This document shows positions 1 through 9,865 of a stretch of 64,000 nt of DNA, piece after piece (within the stretch, counting starts at the first letter, position 1; every line of letters starts with the position of its first letter). A model generated the notes under the pieces. The model saw only the letters and a list, made by a program, of their open reading frames with translations, did no database searches and was not told the DNA's origin. The translations under genes and the position numbers were made by a program. The DNA comes from Octopus vulgaris (taxonomy: Eukaryota). The stretch spans positions 24,614,001-24,678,000 of the forward strand of contig OX597840.1 in the NCBI GenBank assembly GCA_951406725.2, in the 5' to 3' direction.

Positions 1-790
1 TTCGCAGCTTGCAATAAAAATTCATGAATCCCTTTGGGAGCAGGGCGGAAAGCTTGCATGAATTGATATCTAGCAACATATTGTTTTAAGAAACACGGTT
101 TAATTCCAGGCCTTATCACGTTCCTCTTTAAGCTCCCCCAAAATCTTTCTATTGTCTGTGTATGAATAGATGGGTTTGCTGGATCGACAAAGTTCTGGCT
201 GTGATTTATTTGGAAATGCTTGTAACCTAAACTATCTAGCCTATTATATACAGGCCAACAATCGCTATATACAGTTGAACCAGGATGAATGTTGCGTCTG
301 ATTAATGGAATCAGTGTGGAAGAATCTCGCCTTTGAATTTCACAACATTCCGATGTCAGAGGTATCAAAAAATTTTTCTTGGAATCCCTTTCCATTCTGC
401 CAAAGAGCCAAATAGTTTTCACAAGTCTCCCCCTGTTATATTTCCTCCTAACCAAGACTGTCTCATCTATTTCAACTGCGATCCCTGGCCCTCCAATTGG
501 TGCTTGGGAATTTTCGACCCAATGAAGGCAGACTTCAGAGCAGAAAGACCTCCAATCAACAGACGTGGCAAGCGATATATCTAAATTGTCCATAACAGCT
601 TGATGCGACCAACCTTCTGTTAAATGATTTATATACAAAAGAATTTTCCATGGGGGTAACCGACTCCACTCCAAAAAGGTGTTCTTAAATATCGAAACCG
701 AAAAACCACATTCTGTTGCCTTTTGTCTTCTACGACGATCCATCTTCCTGCAACGAAATACATGTCCCATTTCGTAGAAATGTGAATTGC
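1..790 (-). pseudogene. Degenerate Merlin (IS1595/ISXO2-like DDE) transposase
   Basis: Manual minus-strand translation gives ...ECGFSVSIFKNTFLEWSRLPPWKILLY...VDWRSFCSEVC...PIGGPGIAVEIDETVLVRRKYNRGR...(frameshift)...IHPGSTVYSDCWPVY...INHSQNFVDP...IHTQTIERFWGELK. These are the canonical Merlin D-D-E motifs, interrupted by frameshifts; the remnant runs off the window start. Confidence 0.9.
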
Positions 791-819
791 CCAACAAGCA
801 ATTCACTGTGTGTTCTACG

Positions 820-1272
820 AAACGGAACAGATATATTACTGGAAGAATGCGAAAAGACGATGATGGGGGTACACTCCAACATGGTGGAATCGTACCTAGA
901 CGAATTTCTTTGGAAGGAGCAATAAGGGAAGTGTGGAAAGGAATGTCTTGAAAACATTCTGAAGCACCTTTCCGAACGTTTCACATTCAAGTGAATCAAA
1001 TGAACTGCAAGAACTGAGATATTCAATTTTCTACTTGCTGTTTGCTTTTTATTTACTTCAATTAATTTGTGTAAAAAAATGATATACATAAAAAATTTTT
1101 TTTTAAATCTTTGTTTATAAAAAAATTTTTATTTACTTCGTTTCCAAACATGTATCGCGCATGCGCCAATCTATTCATTAGCATATGCGCAAGTTGTAAG
1201 ATCGATTACTTACGACCAGCTAGCGGGGATGCGGGACTGAGTGCACCGGGACCACTGTTCACTAGTAGTACC
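820..1272 (+). mobile_element. 3' fragment of a second Merlin element (C-terminus plus right TIR)
   Basis: Translation GVHSNMVESYLDEFLWKEQ*GKCGKECLENILKHL matches the Merlin C-terminal SYLDEFxW motif. It ends in gcaccgggaccactgttcactagtagtacc, the same TIR family as at 3143-3378, 5432 and 16008. Confidence 0.75.
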
Positions 1273-1283
1273 GAAATACTTTG

Positions 1284-1328
<45 letters not shown>

Positions 1329-1378
1329 ATGGGAAAAAAAAGAAAAATTGCCCCCCACGAATATATACAATCAAGATT

Positions 1379-2230
1379 TTAAAATCTTGCAATCCCCTCT
1401 AACAGTTTTTCAAAAAGATCGCAACCTTCGTACCTTTTGCGCCACATAATTTCACAGAGACCGGAGTCAATCATAGAACTCTGCTTAACACAGGCCCAAG
1501 GGCCTTCCATCCGTGGCGACTTTGACTTTGACCGAGTGCCGTGCTTCTCCGCTTTATGGCGAAATTGATAACCCTCGATCTCCGGAATATGAGAGTAAGA
1601 TCTCCACAGATCACTAACGACCGTGGTTCCGGGGAGAACCGATTGGCGGATGCATTCTTCGAGTGTGTCGCGATCCCGACATGTTATTGTATAGAGAAAA
1701 ACCTGCTTGGCCTTGCGACACACTCCTTTATAGACCCACTGGTGGGGCGGCCGACCTCCAAGTCTACATTTCCTCCTCGAGAAGACTGTCTCGTCTATCT
1801 CGACAACCTTCCCAGGACCACCTATCTGAACTGGGTTGAGGAGTAAGTCCTCTGCACAGACTTCTCTCAAACAGCTGGTGTAGTCAACAGCTGCAGTGTG
1901 ACTCACACCCAGCTCGTCATAACAATAACGTATCGTGGTCAGCTTCTTGACCCAAGAATACAAGAAAAGGAGGATAGTTCGCAGAGGAAGCGAGGTGCCT
2001 TCCAGCCATGTACCTTTCCTAACAGATAGAGACTGGTCACAGCCTTTCCGTGTGCAGCGCCAGCGAACGCTCCGATCTTTCACTTTGCGTTTCATGAAAT
2101 GTCTCTTTTTACATCTTTTCTTTGGAGGTATTATACCCTTCTCTGCAAAGAAAGCTACCGCATCCGCTTCGGTCCTAATCGTGTTGAACAAATCCATGAG
2201 GCCATACGGTTTAGTTGCAGCCACAGCCAT
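1379..2230 (-). CDS. Merlin/IS1595-family transposase-derived protein (283 aa), intact ORF, candidate domesticated gene
   Basis: N-terminal Cys/His zinc-ribbon-like region (C..H...WRC....C), SVRKGTWLE, QIGGPGKVVEIDET (D1), LPGTTVVSDLWRSY (D2), MEGPW (E) and LCEIMWR. No stops or frameshifts, and no TIRs are visible enclosing it. Confidence 0.85.
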   Translation of the reverse strand: MAVAATKPYGLMDLFNTIRTEADAVAFFAEKGIIPPKKRCKKRHFMKRKVKDRSVRWRCTRKGCDQSLSVRKGTWLEGTSLPLRTILLFLYSWVKKLTTIRYCYDELGVSHTAAVDYTSCLREVCAEDLLLNPVQIGGPGKVVEIDETVFSRRKCRLGGRPPHQWVYKGVCRKAKQVFLYTITCRDRDTLEECIRQSVLPGTTVVSDLWRSYSHIPEIEGYQFRHKAEKHGTRSKSKSPRMEGPWACVKQSSMIDSGLCEIMWRKRYEGCDLFEKLLEGIARF

Positions 2231-2884
2231 ACTTCCTCAATACAACAGTAGGGGAAAAGTGCAAAGAGGCGATCGAAATGCAAAAAAAAAAAAAAAAAAA
2301 ATGTGGTATGCAACAGACAGCAAACAGAAATAAAATATTAACAGATTGGGGGGGAAAATAATCACAAAATTAACACGGGGAAATGTACAAAAGGGGGCGA
2401 TCAAAAAACAAGAAAAAAAAACGTGTAATATGAAACAGGTAGGAAACAAAAAAGTTAAATAGAAGTGTTGAAAATAATTACAGGTAGTGAGTAAAAATAT
2501 CCACTTATAAGTTAAAAAAATATAGTCAAGTTAAAGAACACACCAGAATAATTAATGTGCACGTGGTCGTGTTGCTCTCAGAAAACTATCGCAAACAGTA
2601 GGATTCTTCATGCGACAACATGGAATAAATTCTAAAGTACACGTGGTTCTGTTGCTCTTTGGGTACTTTCACAAACAGTAGAAGGTATCTTCAGGTATTT
2701 GTCGATTTGGTTAGAATAATCCAAATGCGACAACATGAAATAAATTCTAAAATACGAAAGCTTGTGAAAAATGTTGACAGTGTTCAGCGTGAGAAATTAC
2801 ACCAGTATATGAAGTTTCAAACAGTTCAGTTTAAAATATATAATCAAAAATATCTGTGAACCAAATTGAAGAGATTTAAATTAC

Positions 2885-3084
2885 CTCTTGCACATTTCAT
2901 TCAGCGAAATAAAGCAATGTTTTTTTCTTTCTCTCTGAGGAAATATATTATTGTAACTCAGCAATGTTTTATAGAAGCAGGATTATACGTTTGTAGAATA
3001 TCTTTGCAGAGTCTTTCAAACATGATACATATTGATGATTCTTTAAAAGTAAAAAATACTTTTTAGCCAATTTCAGGCGATTTT
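2885..3084 (-). promoter_or_regulatory. Predicted non-coding 5' exon homologous to the ZNF 5' UTR at ~10090-10293
   Basis: Minus strand shows acceptor tattctttcAG at 3086/3085 and donor GAG|GTAATT at 2885/2884. A ~120-bp core (2952-3075) appears identical to 10161-10284. Confidence 0.55.
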
Positions 3085-3142
3085 CTGAAAGAATACGAAA
3101 ATAATATAAGACATAGAATATGTTTAAAAGGTACAAATTTAC

Positions 3143-3378
3143 GGTACCAATTAATAATAGTAGTCACGGTGCGCGCACTCGCGATAGTTAGGCGTAACTA
3201 GTCGATCTTTACCTTGTGTTTTTGTTCTACTTACTTTGTTTAAAAAGAATTATTTAGTTTGTGTTTTATTTGTTTCAAATAAAATTATTTACTTTGCTAG
3301 ATAGTCGTTGTAGGATCGAGTAGTCACGACTAGCAAGCGCAGATGCGCGTACCGGGACCACGCTTCTTAAATAGTACC
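3143..3378. mobile_element. Merlin-type MITE (GGTAC family)
   Basis: Imperfect TIRs ggtac...ggtgcgcgca / tgcgcgtaccggga...gtacc with a perfect 9-bp TSD caaatttac (3134-3142 and 3379-3387). GG-initiated TIRs with 8-9 bp TSDs are characteristic of Merlin. Confidence 0.85.
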
Positions 3379-4585
3379 CAAATTTACAATTGTTTTGATA
3401 AATTGTAGACGTAAACCTTAAATTATAAATGAATGAGATACAGTAATTATAATAGCGACCCCTGGATATTAAATCCTTAACAAAACTCTATCACCCTCTC
3501 TCAAACATATATATATATATTTTTTTTTATCTAGTTTCAGCTCACGAGCTGTGGCCATGCTGGGGCACCGCCATTAATGTGAAGCTTTCACGGCGAAGGT
3601 AAAGAATACGCACACCCGGTGTTTAGGGACACGACGAAAACGGGTTGTGCGTTTTCTTTACCCCTGCAAATTGTAACACGATGGGGAGGGGTCAACGGAA
3701 TCCAGAGATTTATTTAAGGAATGGATAACAGCTCTCATACGAAAGAAAGAAAGATAATAATTAGGCGCAACTTCGGTATAAGTACCGGATATATTTCAAG
3801 AAAGGTTTTTTTTTTTATATGGAGGGTTTAGGGTTTAGGAGAAAAGGGTTTGTGTTATCTTCAGAAATGTACACAAAGTCACGTGTGTACCTATTCCGAA
3901 GGTTCGCCAATAATTACATTATTGTGTACCAAAATGCATGCAAATAAAGATAATTATGTGTTGGAGTGATGCAACAAAAAAAAAAAAAAAGGGTTAATAC
4001 TCACTAATAATCAGACGCCCTTACTCGCCAAAAAGGGTTACGGGTGCGTTTTCTTTACCCCTGCAAACTGTAACACGATGGGGAATTAACACGTTGTGCA
4101 AATGGTGATTTGTCACGGTTAATTTTAAGTGATATGTGTGTCTAGAAGGAAAAATATCAGCCTCTCGCTACATGTGGTTAACGAACACTGGGACGGAGTT
4201 AAAATGACGGATTAACTCGTCAACGTCAAAACAGCAACTGAAGTTGACCTCTCCGGTTTTGGCGCGAGTTGCTATGTGTATCCTTCCGCCGCAAGCTACA
4301 AGTGAGCGGAGTAACGTACCCTTGCACGAAATAGTTCGATGCCAGTGTACATAAGAATAACCAAAACTGCAATGGAATATCTAAAAGAAAGAAGGCTGTG
4401 GTCATGTATTTTCGTCTTTGTTTAGTGAAATAATTAATTTCTCTTGCACATTTCATTCAGTAAAATAAAAGTTTTTTTTTCCTCCCAGAGGAAATATTTT
4501 ACTGGGCCAAAATAATTCTATTATTTTATACACACGCTTTCCGTACGTATACGGAAAGCGTGTGTATAAAATAATAAATTATTTT

Positions 4586-5350
4586 GTATGTTAATTGTTT
4601 AAATTATTTTCCATTGCTTTAGTTTTTTTTACACGCGTAACAATTAAATTAATTTAACAATTAAGAAAAAAAAATTTAGGGTTAGGGTTAGTTACAGGAT
4701 GTTGTCTCAGTTTTAGACGCAGCAAATGATTTTAGCTCAAAAGAGAGCATAGGATTGGTTAAAATTCGAAAAATTAAACTACGTTAAACAAACAAATTAC
4801 AATTTTCTCAAGAAAGCCAAGTGAAAATAATGTTTTCTTTTGACACATATAGGCGCAGGAGTGGCTGTTTGGTAAGTAGCTTGCTAACCAACCACATGGT
4901 TCCGGGTTCAGTCCCACTGCATGGCATCTTGGGCAAGTGTCTTTTGCTATAGGCCCGGGCCAACCAATGCCTTGTGAGTGGATTTGGTAGACGGAAACTG
5001 AAAGAAGCCTGTCGTATATATGTATATATATATATATATATAAGTGTGTGTGAATATGTTTGTGTGTCTGTGTTTGTTCCCCCCCCTAGCATTGCTTGAC
5101 AACCGATGCTGGTGTGTTTACGTCCCCGTCACTTAGCGGTTCGGCAAAAGAGACCGACAGAATAAGTACTGGGCTTACAAAGAATCGGGGTCGATTTGCT
5201 TGACTAAAGGCGGTGCTCCAGCATGGCTGCAGTCAAATGACTGAAACAAGTAAAAGAGTGAAGAGTAAAATTCTCCAAGTATACGAAGTTTTAAAGTGTT
5301 TAGTTAACAAGAAATTTTGTTGAAATCTGGCCTTCAAAAGGAAAAGATCC
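4586..5350. mobile_element. Right half of a GGATC-family foldback MITE, interrupted by a SINE
   Basis: Matches the right arm of the complete copy at 48698-49339, including the ttagggttagggttag tract and the terminal ttcaaaaggaaaagatcc. Confidence 0.75.
4852..5265 (+). mobile_element. tRNA-derived SINE, family A (ggcgcaggagtggctgtgtggtaag head)
   Basis: A-box-like tggctgtgtgg, B-box-like ggttcagtccc, internal (TA)n(TG)n and an aagtaaaagag tail; more than 15 copies in the window. Probably one of the described Octopus SINE families (name not verified). Confidence 0.85.
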
Positions 5351-5431
5351 CTTTTCGGTTTCACCAGCAGTTTTTAAAAATAATATCCACGTAACTAAAA
5401 AATTTTAAACTTCGTATACAGGTAGAATGTG

Positions 5432-6140
5432 GGTACTACTAGTAAATACTGGTCCCGGTGCGCGCACACGCGCTAGCTAGTCGTAGGTAGTTGATCCTAC
5501 AACGACTTTTGCGTATGCAAGGAAGTTGATTGGCGCATGCAGAATAAAATAAAAGAATTTTTTAAAGAAAGTGAATAAATTATTTTTTAAAACAATGTAT
5601 ATGATTTTTTTACACAAATCAAATAAATAGCAAAGTAAATAAATTTTTTTAACTAAAAAAATTGTGGCTGTGTGGTAAGTAGCTTGTTTACCAACCACAT
5701 AGTTCCAGGTTCAGTCCCACTGCGTGGCACCTTGGGCAAGTGCCTTCTACTATAGCCTCAGGCCGACCAAAGTCTTGTGAGTGGATTTGGTAGACAGAAA
5801 CTGAAAGAAGCCCGTCGTATATATGTACATATATTTATATGCGTGTGCGTGTCTGTGTTTGTCCCCCTAGCATTGCTTGACAACCGATGCTGGTGTGTTT
5901 ATGTCTCCGTTACTTAGCGGTTCGGCAAAAGAGACCGATAGAATAAGTACTGGGCTTACAAAAGAATAAGTCCCAGGGTCGAGTTGCTCGATTAAAGGCA
6001 GTGCTCCAGCATGGCCACAGTCAAATGACTGAAACAAGTAAAAAGAGTAAAGAGTATTTTTTAAAACAATGTATATAATTTTTTTTACACAAATCAAACA
6101 AAGTAAATATAAAGCAAATAGCAAATAAAAAAAAAAAAAT
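5432..6140. mobile_element. Left part of a GGTAC-family Merlin MITE with a nested family A SINE (~5665-6053)
   Basis: Starts ggtactactagtaaatactggtcccggtgcgcgcac; no right TIR is seen. Confidence 0.65.
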
Positions 6141-6309
6141 TGAATATCTCACAGTTCTTGCAATTCATTCGAAAATGCCACCAAACAAAAAAATAAAATG
6201 TTGAAGTTCATTTGAGTTCCTCGAATGTGAACCATTCTGAACACACACAGACATATACATACATTCACACGCATGCATTTATACATATACACATGCATAC
6301 AAAATAAAT

Positions 6310-6647
6310 TAGAGATAAAAACCACTATTAGGCAAATCAAACAGTGAAAAACATAAACCAAAACATAGAAATAAAATTAATTAATATAATATACAAAATA
6401 TATAAAATATAAAATTCAGAATATAATTATAATTTAAAGTTAAAAATTTAAAATTATTAATTTATATTTATAAATTTATATATATATATATATATATATT
6501 TATTTTTTATTTATAAATATAAATTAATAATTTTTAATTTAAATTTAAATAATTTAAATTTTGAATTTTATATTTTATATATTATATTAATTAATTTTAT
6601 TTCTATGTTTTTCACTGTTTGATTTGCCTAATAGTGGTTTTATCTCT
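6310..6647. repeat. AT-rich imperfect palindrome (~165-bp arms, (TA)n centre)
   Basis: agataaaaaccactattaggcaaatcaaacagtgaaaaac is mirrored by gtttttcactgtttgatttgcctaatagtggttttatct. Confidence 0.85.
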
Positions 6648-6744
6648 ATTTGTATTTATACTGTAAAATTAGATTTAATCCTAAATCTAATTTTTCCCTG
6701 TAAGTTTGGATTTACTCCCTAATATTATTATTATATATATATAT

Positions 6745-6972
6745 TTCTTTACTACCCACAAGGGGCTAAACACAGAGGGGACAAACAAGGACAGACAAAC
6801 GGATTAAGTCGATTATATCGACCCCAGTGCGTAACTGGTACTTAATTTATCGACCCCGAAAGGATGAAAGGCAAAGTCGACCTCGGCGGAATTTGAACTC
6901 AGAACGTAACGGCAGACGAAATACGGCTACGCATTTCACCCGACGTGCTAACATTTCTGCCAGCTCACTGCC
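6745..6972 (-). mobile_element. tRNA-derived SINE, family B (gccgaggtcgactttgcctttcatcctttcggggtcgataaa core)
   Basis: Full monomer. The central domain resembles the Meta/Sauria-type SINE core (from recollection, not searched); many copies in the window. Confidence 0.8.
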
Positions 6973-7391
6973 TATTATATATATATAACATATATATACA
7001 CACACACACATGTGCATGTGTATACATATATGTGTTTTTTGTGCTCTCTTACATGATGGTTGTGATTGTGCATCGACATCAAATAAGCAGTTGTTAGTTT
7101 CCAGTCTGCATAAAATATGTCCTTGCTTGGAAACAGGTGAGGATTGGTGACAGGGAAGGCATCCAGCTGCAGAAAAATCTCCATCAATGAATTCCATCTG
7201 ATCCATTGAAGCATGGAAAAATGAATTTTAAATGATGATGATTATCATCATCATACTGCTATGCAAAAAACAGTTTGATAGTATTTATTCAGCATTACAT
7301 GTGTTTCATTACCTAATAGGAATTACAAACTTTTAGACAAAGAGAAAACATGTAAAATATCTCCTATAAGAAATTCTTCCTATATACATAT

Positions 7392-7800
7392 AGGAGTGGC
7401 TGTGTGGTAAGTAGCTTGTTTACCAACCACATGGTTCCGGGTTCAGTCCCACTGTGTGGCATCTTGGGCAAGTGTCTTCTGCTATAGCCCCGGGCCGACC
7501 AAAGCCTTGTGAGTGGATTTGGTAGACGGAAGCTGAAAGAAGCCTGTCGTATATATGTATATGTATATATGTATGTGTGTGTGTGTTTGTGTGTCTGTGT
7601 TTGTCCCCCTAGCATTGCTTGACAACCGATGCTGGTGTGTTTACGTCCCCGTCACTTAGCGGTTCGGCAAAAGAGACCAATAGAATAAGTACTGGGCTTA
7701 CAAAGAATAAGTCCCGGGGGGTCGACTTGTTCGAGTAAAGGCGGTGCTCCAGCATGGCCGCAGTCAAATGACTGAAACAAGTAAAAGAGTAAAAGAGAGA
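7392..7800 (+). mobile_element. Family A SINE
   Basis: Full head-to-tail match to 4852-5265. Confidence 0.85.
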
Positions 7801-8243
7801 GACGTGTGTGAGTGTGTGTGTGTGTGTGTATGCACAAGTGAGTGTATCCTTGTCCAGATATTATGTGATGTCCGTAAATGGCCATCACGACCGTCATACT
7901 TGTGCAGTTCTTCATTTCCAGTCCTCTGCGTAAAATATCTCACCAGGGAAAATATTTCCTTGCTTGGAAACAGGTGAGGATTGGTGACAAGAAAGGGTAC
8001 CCAGCTCAGGAAAATCTCCATCAATGAATTCCATCTGATCCATTGAAGCATGGAAAAGTGAATTTTAAATGATGATTATCATCATTGTAGTGATATGGTT
8101 CCTCTTCTGTATGAATGCAGTTATGTTTTAATAATTGATCATTTTCATAGATTGATTTAGCACAAATGTCTTAGGGTATGGTCATATCTTTCATAATAAT
8201 AAGACTGTATATAATTAATACACCATTTTGAAGGAATGATTAA

Positions 8244-8470
8244 CTCTTTCGTTACTGTATTTATTTTGAGATGCTCTGTGTTTCTTCCAATTATTTAGTA
8301 AAAAAATATAACAAAGAATTTAGTAAAATAACATTGTTATCATTAAGCTAGTGTTAGGAACATAAATTGTGACTAAAATTTGGTGGAAGATTTGAATTCA
8401 AAACTTATGAAAACAAGACATTTACACTAAAAAGCCAGAGCCGGTTTCAGCCAGGTTGGTAACGAAAGGG
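8244..8470. mobile_element. piggyBac-type MITE (TTAA target)
   Basis: TTAA|ctctttcgttac...gtaacgaaaggg|TTAA; related copies at 27500-28084 and 51742. Confidence 0.85.
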
Positions 8471-8491
8471 TTAAGCTCTGATATCAGACCG

Positions 8492-9865
8492 TTATGGTTT
8501 CTCCTCTGTATGAATATGTTTGTATTCAGTCAAGATGCTCTGAAGAGAGAATGATTTACCACAGATATCACAAAGAAATGGTCTCTCCTCTGTATGAACA
8601 TGGTTGTGTACAGTTAATTGTTGGTTTGTAGAGAATGCCTTGCCACAGATATCACTCTGGTATGGTTTCTCACCTACATGAACATACCTGTGCATAACTA
8701 ATTGTTTGTTTTGAGAGAATGATTTACCACAGATATCACACTGATATGGTGTTTCTCTTGTGTGTATAAGTTTGTGTGTAGTTAAATGGTGATTTCGACA
8801 GAATGATTTACTGCAGATATCACACTGATATGGTTTCTCACCTGTATGAATCCGTTTGTGTGTAGTTAAGGTACTGCCAGCAGAGAATGATTTACCACAG
8901 ATATCACAGTGATAAGGTTTTTCCCCTGTATGAACCCTTTTGTGCGTAGTTAAGCTACTGTCAACAGAGAATGATTTACCACAGATATCACAGTGATAAG
9001 GTTTCTCTCCTGTATGAACCCTTTTGTGCGTAGTTAAGCTACTGCTAACAGAGAATGATTTACCACAGATATCACAGTGATAAGGTTTCTCTCCTGTATG
9101 AACCCTTTTGTGCGTAGTTAAGCTACTGTCAACAGAGAATGATTTACCACAGATATCACAGTGATAAGGTTTTTCCCCTGTATGAATACGCTTGTGTTTA
9201 GTTAAGCTTTTGCTTTTAAAGAAAGATTTACCACAGATATCGCAGTGATATGGTTTCTCTCCTGTATGAATACGCTTGTGTTTAGTTAAGCTTTTGCTTT
9301 TAAAGAAAGATTTACCACAGATATCACAGTGATATGGTTTTTTTCCTGTATGAATACGTTTGTGTCGAGTGAAGCTACTGTCAACAGAAAATGATTTTCC
9401 ACAAATATCACAGTGATAAGGTTTTTCCCCTGTATGAATACGTTTATGTACAGTTAAATAGATATTTCGAGAGAATGATTTACCACAGATATCACAGTGA
9501 TATGGTTTCTCTCCTGTATGAACCCTTTTGTGCGTAGTTACCTCACTTCTTTCATAGAATGATTTATCACAAATGTCACACTGATATGGTTTGTCTCCTG
9601 TATGACTACGTTTATGTACTGTTAAATAGATATTTTGAGAGAATGATTTATTGCAGATATCACAGTGATATATTTTCTCTCTCGTATCAATTTGTTTATG
9701 ACTGAATAATTCTGAATCTTGACAGACTGATTTATCACAGGTATCACGGTGATTTTGTTTCTCATCTGTATGAATGCATTTGTGTCTAGTGAGTTCACCT
9801 TTTTCTAAAAATGACTCTTTGCAGATGTCACAGTCATATGATGATTTTTCCAATTGTTCCGACAT
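8492..9865 (-). CDS. C2H2 zinc-finger protein ZNF-1 (457 aa; 16 repeats, 13 canonical)
   Basis: Tandem CxxC...HxxxH units with TGEKPY linkers. Predicted acceptor tattctttcAG at 10295/10294. Confidence 0.93.
   Translation of the reverse strand: MSEQLEKSSYDCDICKESFLEKGELTRHKCIHTDEKQNHRDTCDKSVCQDSELFSHKQIDTREKIYHCDICNKSFSQNIYLTVHKRSHTGDKPYQCDICDKSFYERSEVTTHKRVHTGEKPYHCDICGKSFSRNIYLTVHKRIHTGEKPYHCDICGKSFSVDSSFTRHKRIHTGKKPYHCDICGKSFFKSKSLTKHKRIHTGEKPYHCDICGKSFFKSKSLTKHKRIHTGEKPYHCDICGKSFSVDSSLTTHKRVHTGEKPYHCDICGKSFSVSSSLTTHKRVHTGEKPYHCDICGKSFSVDSSLTTHKRVHTGEKPYHCDICGKSFSAGSTLTTHKRIHTGEKPYQCDICSKSFCRNHHLTTHKLIHTRETPYQCDICGKSFSQNKQLVMHRYVHVGEKPYQSDICGKAFSTNQQLTVHNHVHTEERPFLCDICGKSFSLQSILTEYKHIHTEEKP

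Noticed and set aside
1379-2230. Bacterial IS1595 contamination or recent horizontal transfer
   Set aside because: The motifs (IGGPG.VVEIDET, WRC....C..S.R.GTW) are of the eukaryotic Merlin type, and the flanks are host microsatellite and intron-like DNA.
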